In this document: one piece after another, positions 26,440-36,841 of the stretch
Layout of the letters: each line of letters starts with the position of its first letter
How positions within the stretch are numbered: the first letter of the stretch is position 1
Assembly (NCBI RefSeq): GCF_016432865.1
Contig: NC_067402.1
Span: 219,666,001 to 219,730,000 of the forward strand
Direction of reading: 5' to 3'
DNA from: Antechinus flavipes
Lineage: Eukaryota
Length of the DNA: 64,000 bases
Notes under the pieces: generated by a model
What the model was told of the DNA's origin: nothing
The model's database searches: none
The model's input: the letters and a program-made list of their open reading frames with translations, nothing else
Position numbers and translations under genes: made by a program

Positions 26440-27989
26440 AAGACTTATGTTAACAGCAAATATGAACCAAATACTGTAAGAAAATATATCTCAGGCATTC
26501 ACTATTTTTGTGTATGTGAATTTAACTCATAAGTTGATGTCACACTAGGTAGCTCTCACTTCAGCAGTTCAAAATAAAATCCTGGCTGAGACGGGGAGGC
26601 ACAGTTGATTGGGTTTCATGAGCAGCTTCAGGGACTCTTCTGGTACTGAGAATNNNNNNNNNNNNNNNNNNNNNNNNNNNNNNNNNNNNNNNNNNNNNNN
26701 NNNNNNNNNNNNNNNNNNNNNNNNNNNNNNNNNNNNNNNNNNNNNNNNNNNNNNNNNNNNNNNNNNNNNNNNNNNNNNNNNNNNNNNNNNNNNNNNNNNN
26801 NNNNNNNNNNNNNNNNNNNNNNNNNNNNNNNNNNNNNNNNNNNNNNNNNNNNNNNNNCAAGGAGACACACAGAGAGACAGGTTTATCTCTCTCTCTCTAT
26901 ATATATAGAGTAGTAGTAGTAGTAGTTACTAGTAGTTATAAGGTCAAACTAAGGAACTATAGGGGAAAATACAAGATAAAGTCCAGAAGCATGGAATTGT
27001 TTTTGTTACAAAGTCCAGCATTAGTTTTTAGTTAAACCCTGGTGACCCTATTTTTATAGACCATTTTTACCTCTGGCTCTTTATACATGGGTTAGTAGTC
27101 TAACATACTCCTTGGGTGTACCTATGGCTGGTACTTAGACGAAACTAAATTTTTTGGTTTCTGGTTATTGCCTTAATCTAAGAGGGATACAGAACATTTT
27201 TCTCTATGCATCTTGGCCATTGTTCTGCTTGAAAGCCAGTTCTTCAAGTGGCCCAGTGCTCAGAACTGATGGTTTAACTTTTGAATATGGAAATTGACAC
27301 TTCTTATCAAATTCTGCCTTTCATTCCTTTCCCTCCCCTGAAGAATTGAAATAATTAAAACTAGATGGGTCCAATGTTCATTTCACACCTGTGCTAGCCT
27401 AGGTACACTGGCTGGTTATGTTCTCATTTATAGAGTGATTCCATCCCTTCCATACCCATTCTCAGTAATTTATTGATAAACTAGTCTTCAAAGTTTTACA
27501 ACAGAATATTTGAAATCTATCCTTTAAACCTAAAGCTTCTTTATCCTGTGGGATTCTTCTCCACATGTTCTTATCCATTTTCTGTAGGAAATCTACTCAA
27601 AACATTAGAAACTTTCTTATCCTCAGAAGCAGGTGGTTGGTGTAGAGGATAGTGTGCTAGGTCTGGAGTCAGGAAGATTTGAGTTCAAATCTAGCCTCAT
27701 ACTAGCCCTATTGACATTGTGATCTTGGGCAAGTCACATTTTTGCCTTTTTGCCTCAGTTTTTTCAGCTGCAACATGGGATAATAACAAGAGGTACCTGA
27801 AAAGTTTGCTGTGAGGATCAAATGATAGAATATCTGTAAAGCCCTTGACATAGCCTTACAATGAATTTTTCCACAGCTTTTTGAATCCCCTTCATTTTTT
27901 TTCCTAAAATAATTTCCATAGTTTGGACCATATAACATTACTAGAGAAATAAAGATATTTGTAGTAGGAAAATGCCTAAAAATCACTGA

Positions 27990-29157
27990 AGGCACTATAT
28001 AATTATATGGATACTATTTTGGGAAGGGCCATTTTCCAAGTATATGCTTATAGAGTATTGTCCAATTGGTAATTAGCCTTAAGTGCTCAGTTGTCCAGAC
28101 CTCAGTGCATGAACTCAAGTGTTTCAGCCCTCTACATCTCCCACTTTCTTTTGTTTTAGAACACAGAATGCCATCCCTGATCTTATCAGAGATCAGAGCC
28201 ACCAAAAGGAGGTGATCATGCCCTCCCTGACATCTCTGGAAGAGAGATGAAAAGCACCAAAGGGAAGTGGGGGTTGCTAGTGGGTTTCTGGGCAGAAGGG
28301 TCTTATTAGAAATAGGTATGCACAAACCCATCAGCATGGGAAGTATTACACAAGCACATAGCAATAACTCACAGGCTATTAGTGTGACTCTCCTCACAAC
28401 CAGTGCAGGCTCAATGTGGTGTAACAAACATGAATTGTACATGCAAGTAGTGATATAACAAACACTATGAATCAACATGGTGTTGTAAAAGATTTCCAGA
28501 AGTCCTAGAAGGAGGGTATAACAATAACAGTCACACATACTCCTTCTTCAGTAGCCAAGAGATAGTCCAAAACCAATCTATTGTCCATTGCTTCATGTGT
28601 CAGGGAATCCAATGATCCCCACAAGTTTTTGAAGTCCTGCAACAGTCTTTTTATGTGTTAGGGAATCAATGATTACAGCAGATTTTGAAGTCCTGCAACA
28701 GTCTTATCATTTCTCAGAAAATCCAATGATTCCTGAGGGTTTTGAAGTCCAAGAATTTTTGATGTCCATGAATCAAATGCCATAAGTGCCACGCTCTTTC
28801 AGTGGTTGGCACAGTCAAAGACATAACTACCCGATGTTTCTTGGATCTTCTCCTTCGTTTCAAGGGTCTGCTCTGTCTCTCTCCAATGGACAAGGCGAAT
28901 ATGGCTCGTTGACACCCATCTGATTTCTTCTCCATCTGTGGAGATACAAGCAAACCCTTTCCCCCAAGCAGTTAACCTAGCTGGTCCCTTCCATTTACCA
29001 TTTTCTGGATCTCTCCACATCACCTGGAGATTATCTAAAGATAATGGAATTGTTCGCACTGGACACTGTCCTTCCGGTGGGTTATAAAACCTGTCTGCCA
29101 GAGCCAGTGCATCTTTGTCAAAAATCAAGAAGTTAATAAAATAAAGAGCTAGATTTA
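27990..29157 (-). mobile_element. Class II (beta-like) ERV 3' remnant: integrase C-terminus, truncated env TM, PPT, partial 3' LTR
   Basis: ORF 28799..29128 (VMWRDPENGKWKGP..LTAWGKGFACIS); TM-like SLDSLTHEAMDNRLVLDYLLATEEGVC at ~28531-28615; PPT aaaacaaaagaaagtgggaga (28137-28157) followed by TGTAG LTR start at 28136; cut at 5' side by an L1. Confidence 0.85.
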
Positions 29158-29810
29158 TTTATTAAATTTTATTTTTTAAAATAACTTTTTATTGACAGAA
29201 CCCACGCCAGGGTAATTTTTTATAACATTATCCCTTGCACTCACTTCTGTTCTGATTTTTCCCCTCCCTCCCTCCACCCCCTCCCCCAGATGGCAAGCAG
29301 TCCTATATATGTTAAATATGTCACAGTATATCCTAGATACAATATATGTATGCAGAACCAAACAGTTCTCTTGTTGCACAGGGAGAATTTGATTCAGAAG
29401 GTAGAGATAACCCGGGAAGAAAAACAAAAATGCAAACAGTTTACATTCATTGCCCAGTGTTCTTTCTTTGGGTGTAGCTGCTTCTGTCCATCATTGGTCA
29501 GTTGGAACTGAGTTAGATCTCTCTGTCAAAGAAATCCACTTCCATCAGAATACATCCTCATACATTATCGTGGTTGAAGTATATAAGGATCTCCTGGTTC
29601 TTCTCGTTTTACTTAGCATCAGTTCATGTAAGTCTCTCCAAGCCTCTCCTCCGTATTCATCCTGCTGGTCATTTCTTACAGAACAATAATATTCCATAAC
29701 ATTCATATACTACAATTTACCCAACCATTCTCCAATTGATGGGCATCCATTCTTTTTCCAGTTTCTAGCCACTACAAACAGGGCTGCCACAAACATTTTG
29801 GCACATACAG
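29158..29810 (-). mobile_element. L1 3' end, 5'-truncated; its truncation point is the left edge of block B
   Basis: T-rich tail then ttgacagaacccacgccagggta 3'UTR; ends ggcacatacag at 29810. Confidence 0.85.
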
Positions 29811-31807
29811 ACTCGTTGGATTAAATAGGAGTATCAGTGTAGCAAGGCTACAAAGATAGGGATGATATAAAAGGATTGCAACATTCATAAAAAGTGAAGA
29901 AATTAGGCCTAAGTTTCACAATAGTTAATCAATCTAGGATATTTTCTCAGTGAGTCCACATTTCTCTGTGGAGTTCTAAGTGAAGGCTTATGCATAATTT
30001 GGGGGATCAGCCAATTTTTCCATATCTTGTGATTGGATATATCTATATCTATATCTATATCTATATATCTTGTAAGCATTTATGGCTTCCAATCATAGAC
30101 CTGGTTTTATGCTTAAAAGTTTCTATATACCAATCAAAAAAGACATTCTATGAGTTCTAATCTGTTTTGGATCCAAAGGATTTAAAGATTAATTGTTTTT
30201 ACCTCAAGGAATTTCTTAGTGGGTTCATCTCATGTGTACTACAGTGACCCTCATCCAGAAACTTTAAAGTCTGTAGAAAATAAATGTTAAAGGTAACATA
30301 TTGTTATAAAGGAAAACTGTTGTATTCCTTTATGAGGTACTAGAATTTAATGTAATTTACTCTTCCCTATCTCATTCACTAGGGAGATATAGAAAAGCTT
30401 ATTCAAAGCATGTCGTGATACCTACCCACTGCAATTGGTGTCTTGGCTAACTAAAACCATATGTAACTTTCTCAATTGAGGAATTTGCCTCATACTTCAC
30501 TGAAAAGTTAAGGCTATTCATTGAGAGCTCCCTCTTCTCCCTTTCTCATCTCAGATGATGTTTCTCTCCCTGAGGCAGCTTCCATATGCCTCTTTTAGAA
30601 AAACCCTGAAGTTCTCACCAGATCAAATAATGACCAAGATATCCCATGAGGAATTATAATTCTCCCCAAATTTGCTCTAGAAGTCAGGAAGGAGGCAATG
30701 GGAAAGGGGGATTACCAGCAAAAACAATACCTGTACAGATAAACAAGCAGGCCCAGAAGATCTGAGATTCTCCCTAGTCTTAGAATACATCTACAATCTT
30801 TTTTGCCATTACAACTACTCTGTGAGTCTAGAGTCTCTCTAAGTATATCCAACATCTGGTCTACTTTGGTCCAAGGTCTTTGTCATTGAATCTTGGATTT
30901 TTGTCATTAGGTCAGAAACATCAGTCTGAGTCCTCAGTGAATACAAGTTTTTTTTAGTTCAGTCTCCTTTTAGGCTAGAGGACATTTATGACTTCCTTAA
31001 TGGGTCTGTGGAGGTTGTCTTCCTAGTCAGGATTTGAAATCTAGTCTTCTGGTTTCTTATTGAATCTTGCCTTGGATCTAAGGGGTCTCTGTCCATGAAC
31101 TGACATCTTTCCCCACTTGTGGCAGGTATCTCTCTGGGCATATAGTATTTCTTCCTAACTGGAAATATCTGGGGACTTTCTCCAGGAATTTGTCTTTCCT
31201 GGTCTGGGCATTCGGTGAGTACTACATACTTCTCTGTGTGGCCCCTGGGATTCTGGACCTCTCTTCTCCACCCGAGTCTGAGAACCCTGGGAATCTGAAG
31301 TCTCTCTGAGTGGGTTCAGGATTTCTGTCATTATCTCCTATGGGAGTCTCCCTGTCACATCAGAATTGATCTTCAGATCTCAGCCACAATGTACCATACT
31401 TCGGATTCCAAGAGAGCTGACATTGCTGTTGGAACTAGAAGGGGATCCTTGGCTTTGTGACCTCCTAGAATGTGCTTGAATGGTGATAGAAATGTGTGGA
31501 GCTGTTAATGTTTCTGGAACTGTTATCGTTTCCCTGTCTGTTTTGGGAAGTCTAGGTGCTCCCACTAATCTTTCTCTACTTTTGCCTCTTTATGACTTTG
31601 ACAGAAGCAGGGGAAAGGGAAATTGGGGATTCAACTATCACACAGTAGAGGATGATATGCAATTTCTTGGCTAAAAAAATCAATGAATAACATTTTTAAG
31701 TGACTATGATGTGCCAGGCATTGTGTTAAATGCTTTGTACAAATAAAAGGCAAGAAACAGTTCTTATTTTCAAGGAGCTTACAATCTAATAAGGGAGGAA
31801 ACATGCA

Positions 31808-31812
<5 letters not shown>

Positions 31813-31876
<64 letters not shown>
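31813..31876. repeat. (AT)n microsatellite, expanded in block B only
   Basis: ~32 AT units vs about 4 at 20024-20031 in block A. Confidence 0.9.
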
Positions 31877-31880
<4 letters not shown>

Positions 31881-32646
31881 CAAGCAATATACAGGATAAA
31901 TAGGAAGGAATCAACAAGATGAAAGCACTTCTTGTAGAGGTTGGAATTTTAGTTGGAACAAAGAAGATCACTACTCAGAGCAGGTTAAGAAGAGTATTCA
32001 GGGCTTGGGGAACAGTCAGAGAGAATTCTGGGAAAAACAACAACTTCCTAGCTTTGTCTTTCTATGGATAGATGTCATTCCAATATCTGGTTCACACTTC
32101 AGGTATTTTTATGCTTTCCACAAGGGCATAAAAGAGGAGAAAAATATCCATAACAAGAGAAAAAAGAAACTTTTTTTTTTCTTTCAGTAGTGGGTAATAT
32201 CTGGAGCACCGTATTTGAGAGCAATAAAGTTTTTGGAGTTGAATTGAATTGATTAGCTCCACTTTTCAGCAGATTAGTATCCAATCACAACCAGGATGGT
32301 TGGGAAATCCTCTGTGTCAAGGTGGTAATATGATGGACTGAGGAGAGGGCTTAATTACTCCCTCTTTCTCACCCCCATCCTTGTATAGGTGGGGGCTATT
32401 CTTTCTTAGTTCTTTCTTTTTTTTTTGTCTCCTATTTGAAACACACTTAGTAATTCAATGGCAAACAATCTTTTCTTAGAGAAATCAGTTTATTTTAAAC
32501 ACAAAAGCAAACTGTAAAGAAAGAACTCTTTTACAAAAAATAACTACAATACATTTTATTTATTCTAAAATAAAAACAAATATAAATCCACACTGTTCAC
32601 ATTTCTTTTCTTGGTATCCAATAAAGCATAGGTTTAAATTGCTTAA

Positions 32647-33933
32647 ATGTTTCCAACTTTCTCATATATTAATAGTGTTACTCAGTTACTTAGAGTAGCA
32701 ATACATTATTATCTTCATTCCTCCTTTAAAGTTGCCTTTGCTAAAGATTGTAATTTTTTAGATGACCATTCTGTATACTCTCATGATTTAACCATAAAAA
32801 GAGTAGTCAGAACTCCTTTTCAGTCCACTCAGCAGAACGAATTATATGCGATCATGCTAGCTCTCACTTATTACCCAGGCAACATAAATATAATATCTGA
32901 TTCAGCCTATTCAGTAGGTGTGGTACAAAGAATTGCCACAGCCCAAATAAAATTTGCAGCTTCTAATATATATCAGCTCTTTAAGGAACTTCAAGAGCAA
33001 GTGAGAAAGCATCCAGGAAAGATTTATATCCTGCATGTCCACTCACATAGTGGACTTCCAGGTCCTATTTTTGATGGAAATTCAAAGGCAGATAGCCTTT
33101 TAACTATGTTGGCCAATACGCCTTTATTTCAGGAGGCTCAGGAATCCCATTCTAAATACCATCAGGCTGCTCGAGCTTTGCGTTTACAGTTTGGGATTAC
33201 AAAAGAAGAAGCTAGGAGCATAGTGAAAAGCTGTACAGCTTGCCTTCCCTTCCACGCTCCTACACTGCCTCCAGGGAAGAACCCTCGTGGTTTGAGACCC
33301 AATGAAATCTGGCAAATGGATGTGACCCATTATAAATCTTTTGGTCGTCTGTCTTTTATCCACGTTGTGGTAGACACCTTTTCAGGATTCACTTTTGCCA
33401 TACCAGCAGCAAAAGAGACAGCCCGAGTGGTCACTGAATTCCTCATTCAAGCATTCGCAATTATGGGTGTGCCACAAGAAATAAAAACAGATAATGAACC
33501 GGCATATACCTCCAAACATTTTGAACACTTTTGTGCACAGTATAAGATTTTACACACTACTGGCATACCCTTTAATCCTCAAGGTCAAGCAATAGTAGAA
33601 AGAAGAAACAGGGACATTAAGACACTCCTCCAAAAACAAAAGATAGGGGGAGCCACGGGTAACCCTAGAGAACTTCTAAATTTAGTTCTCTATACCATTA
33701 ATTTTTTAATCTTTGATAAAGATGCACTGGCTCCAGCAGACAGGTTTTATAACCCACCAGAAGAGCAGTGTCCAGTGCGAGCAGCTCCACTATCTTTAGA
33801 TAATCGCCAGGTGATGTGGAGAGACCCAGAAAGTGGTGAATGGAAGGGACCAGATAGGCTAACTGCTATGATCCACTGTGCTGATCAATCCCATATGCAT
33901 TACATAGTATTTAACAGTGACATGCTATCTTAG
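32647..33933 (+). CDS. 428-aa chimeric ORF: 42 host-derived codons + ERV RNaseH/integrase + ~21 host-derived codons; expression unknown
   Basis: ORF track; ATG 32647 in weak Kozak context; no promoter or transcript evidence visible. Confidence 0.3.
   Translation: MFPTFSYINSVTQLLRVAIHYYLHSSFKVAFAKDCNFLDDHSVYSHDLTIKRVVRTPFQSTQQNELYAIMLALTYYPGNINIISDSAYSVGVVQRIATAQIKFAASNIYQLFKELQEQVRKHPGKIYILHVHSHSGLPGPIFDGNSKADSLLTMLANTPLFQEAQESHSKYHQAARALRLQFGITKEEARSIVKSCTACLPFHAPTLPPGKNPRGLRPNEIWQMDVTHYKSFGRLSFIHVVVDTFSGFTFAIPAAKETARVVTEFLIQAFAIMGVPQEIKTDNEPAYTSKHFEHFCAQYKILHTTGIPFNPQGQAIVERRNRDIKTLLQKQKIGGATGNPRELLNLVLYTINFLIFDKDALAPADRFYNPPEEQCPVRAAPLSLDNRQVMWRDPESGEWKGPDRLTAMIHCADQSHMHYIVFNSDMLS
32773..33867 (+). 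mobile_element. LTR-less class II ERV pol fragment: C-terminal RNase H + nearly complete integrase
   Basis: QQNEL, IISDSAY, HVHSH, GNSKADSL (RNase H); HSKYH...CTAC zinc finger; WQMDVTH, IKTDN, AIVERRN (D-D-E); VMWRDP..WKGP; no stops or frameshifts; absent at the paralogous site in A (20917/20918). Confidence 0.9.
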
Positions 33934-35911
33934 TTGACAATCTCCATTTCAATCATCACCTATTTCTTTGATTTTTTTTCTTTCTCCTTCCATTTTCTTT
34001 TTCTTCTTTTGTTCCAGATGAACCTGAAGAGAATGTCCTCATATGGGATTTATTTTAGCAATGAGTTATTCCTTCTGATTAAGATTTCAGATTTTTCATG
34101 TTAATTATACTGCTTTTTTTATATCTGGCAAATGTTTCAAGGTCTTTGTCAAAATTTTAACATTGTTGAAAGGTAACCTTAGAAATAGCTAAGGTTACTT
34201 TGCTGAACTACATCTCTTTGTCAGTTGATAGAGTAAGACAACAGTGCAGTGAATTGCACTCTGACATTCAGGGTGAATGAGACTAGCTGCTTATCCTCTT
34301 CTTTGTCTTTATCCTTGTTCTCATCTTCCTCCTTCACTTTCTCCTGCTTCTTTTCCTGCTCCCCTTTTTGCTCCATGGTAGCAGAGGCAACTACATATTC
34401 CTGAAAAGAACTCTTAAGAGACAAAGACAGGAAACCCAGTTTCTTCCAGAGAGAAGAAAATTATCAGATCTGTCCTTAACATCAGGAACAATTTCAGATT
34501 CTACATTTTTCTGTGTTTCCTGCACTATAGAGTTAGGATTATTAGGACTATTATTATTTTAGTATCTTAGCTTTTACCTCCTTGACAATTTGCTGGCAGT
34601 GGTGGTGGCTGTAGCAAGAAGGTCCCAGCACTACTGCTGCTGGAGGTATCCTCCCTTCCCTGTTGTCCTAAATTCTGTTCCTTTTACTCTCAGGTAGCCA
34701 GAGAGCCAGCTTATGGTGGAATGGTGACTATGATTATCTTCAGATTCTATCATAGCTGTTATATACCATCTGTCTGCCAGGCCCATTGACAGCTTGTTTT
34801 GCATGAAATTAAAAAAAATACTCAGTTCACATTCTTAAAAGTAATGTGGGGTTGTGGCTAGATAAGAAAACTTGCTTATCAATCAAATTCTGGCTGCTTT
34901 GGTCTGTGTGTTAACTACTTAAAGGCCGAAGGGAGGAAAAGTAGGTAATTTCCATCTTGAACAGAGGCTATGCATCTTCAGAATCCATGTCTCTTTAGCA
35001 TTCTGTAAGAATATCTACCTTAGACTCACTGGATAACATTTCAATGTGTTATTTGCCTCTTTCTGGACCTTTCTGGACCTGTTTCTCTTCAGACTTGAGA
35101 CATTCCCTCAATCCCCTAATCCTTTTGGCGGAGTTGAGGTGACAGAAATGAGACTGAGCTATCTCTTGACAGATCTCTATACCTGCATTTTAGGGAGCTC
35201 GGGGAGTAGAAGGAGCTGGGTAGTCACTTCTCTTTAGGAAGGTCAAGGACCAAGGACAAACTTCTCTTCTCTCTTCCTTCTTTCCTCTAGATTATAGTCT
35301 GATTTCCGATGATGAGTCCCCATGGGATAGTAAGCCAGGGAACCACATGAGAATGACTGCTAGCAGTTATTGCCTCTAACAGAAGCTCTGAGAGGGACAC
35401 CCATAGGGATCATATCTGAAGCTTAAAGTTTCCCCTATTATTTCTCCTTTTCTTGTGTGTCTCACTCCTGTTTCTTTTTTTAAAACTCTCTCCTTGCTCC
35501 TCTTTCTCCTCTCCTCTTTCCACTCTCTCTCCCTCCTTTTCTTTTCTCTTTTCCCCCCTTCTCATAAAATTTTTCTATGTCTGCCTGTATGTGTTCCCAT
35601 TTTTAAGTTTAATGCTGAAAGACTGAAGTTTTTGACGCTAGAACCCAGGGTTTTATGAGATGGAAGGGACTCATATTGATATTGTATACAGCTAGATCCC
35701 ATTTTACTTTTGATGTCAAAAAATCATTTATGTTATAGTTTTCTCAGAGAGGACATTCTAATGCTTATTCATCACAATCTCCACACTTGGGATGTTCTTG
35801 TCTTCTCTAATCTGGATCTCTTTTGCTGCAGCAGTTTATCTACTTCTTTCTCTTCTTTGGGATTATTAACAATTTTTCTTTGGTCCTGTGCCCAGATGCA
35901 GATTTAGGGAC

Positions 35912-36841
35912 ATGGATGATGATAATGGGACAGCAGTGATCGAGTTCATTTTGTTGGGATTCTCAGATTTGGGCATTTACCAGAGTGCTCTCTTTTGGGG
36001 AGTGCTCTTTGTCTACTTGGTCACCTTGCTGGGTAACTCCTTGATCATTACACTTACCCTGTTGGATCCAGTCCTGAACACTCCCATGTACTTCTTCCTT
36101 CGACATCTCTCTATGATAGAGATTCTCTACACTATGACTATTGTACCCAGGATGCTGACTGATCTGCTTTTCTCCCATCCTGCCATCTCTCCTGCCAGCT
36201 GCTTCACCCAAATGTATTTCTTTGCCCTCTTTGGCATTGCCGAATGCTGTGTGCTCACTGCCATGGCCTATGACCGTTATGCTGCCATTTGTCGGCCCCT
36301 GCACTATGCCATGCTGATGAACCGGCAGGCATGTGTGGGTATGGTAGGTGCTTCTTATTTAATAGGCATCATTACAAGCACTACCCACTCCATACTCATC
36401 TTTACCTTGCCCTTCCATGGCACTAACATTGTTCACCACTTCCTATGTGACGTTTTACCTGTTTTGAGACTGGCAAGTGGAGACACATTCTGGGGTGAGG
36501 TTGGGAACCTTGTTGTCACCCTCCTCTTTATCATTACTCCCTTTGCATTGGTTTTGTTTTCCTATGTTTGCATCCTCATTACCATCCTTGGGGTTGCCTC
36601 TGCTCAGGGACGCCAAAAAGTCTTCTCTACTTGCTCTTCCCACCTATTGGTAGTCACACTTTTCTTTGGGACTGCAAGTTTAACCTACATGAAACCGGGA
36701 ACCAATGATACTAAGGACACAGATCAAGTTCTCTCCCTTTTTTACACAGTTGTAACTCCCATGCTCAATCCTTTTATCTATACTCTGAGGAACAAGGAGG
36801 TGATGGGAGCCCTGAGGCGTAAATTAACAAAACACCTTTGA
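35912..36841 (+). CDS. OR10P1: Olfactory receptor, family 10, OR10P1-like, copy B, intact (309 aa)
   Basis: Full 7TM OR motif set: N-glycosylation [60 protein letters not shown]; resembles human OR10P1 from memory (symbol is best-match, not proven orthology); true start is ATG 35912, not the GTG at 35888. Confidence 0.9.
   Translation: MDDDNGTAVIEFILLGFSDLGIYQSALFWGVLFVYLVTLLGNSLIITLTLLDPVLNTPMYFFLRHLSMIEILYTMTIVPRMLTDLLFSHPAISPASCFTQMYFFALFGIAECCVLTAMAYDRYAAICRPLHYAMLMNRQACVGMVGASYLIGIITSTTHSILIFTLPFHGTNIVHHFLCDVLPVLRLASGDTFWGEVGNLVVTLLFIITPFALVLFSYVCILITILGVASAQGRQKVFSTCSSHLLVVTLFFGTASLTYMKPGTNDTKDTDQVLSLFYTVVTPMLNPFIYTLRNKEVMGALRRKLTKHL

Noticed and set aside
26980-27630. Possible gag remnant
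   Set aside because: Only vague motif similarity; needs an HMM search
28014-28538. 174-aa minus-strand ORF as a novel gene
   Set aside because: Runs across ERV env remnant, PPT and LTR; only the first CDCYCY residues resemble TM
28600-28770. Regularly spaced repeats (also 1620-1735) as a possible CRISPR-like array
   Set aside because: Eukaryotic DNA; tandem units without unique spacers, inside ERV env and LTR sequence
35888-35911. N-terminal extension of OR B (and 53523-53576 for C)
   Set aside because: Starts at GTG/TTG in the ORF track and overlaps splice-acceptor sequence; the ATG shared by all copies is MDDD
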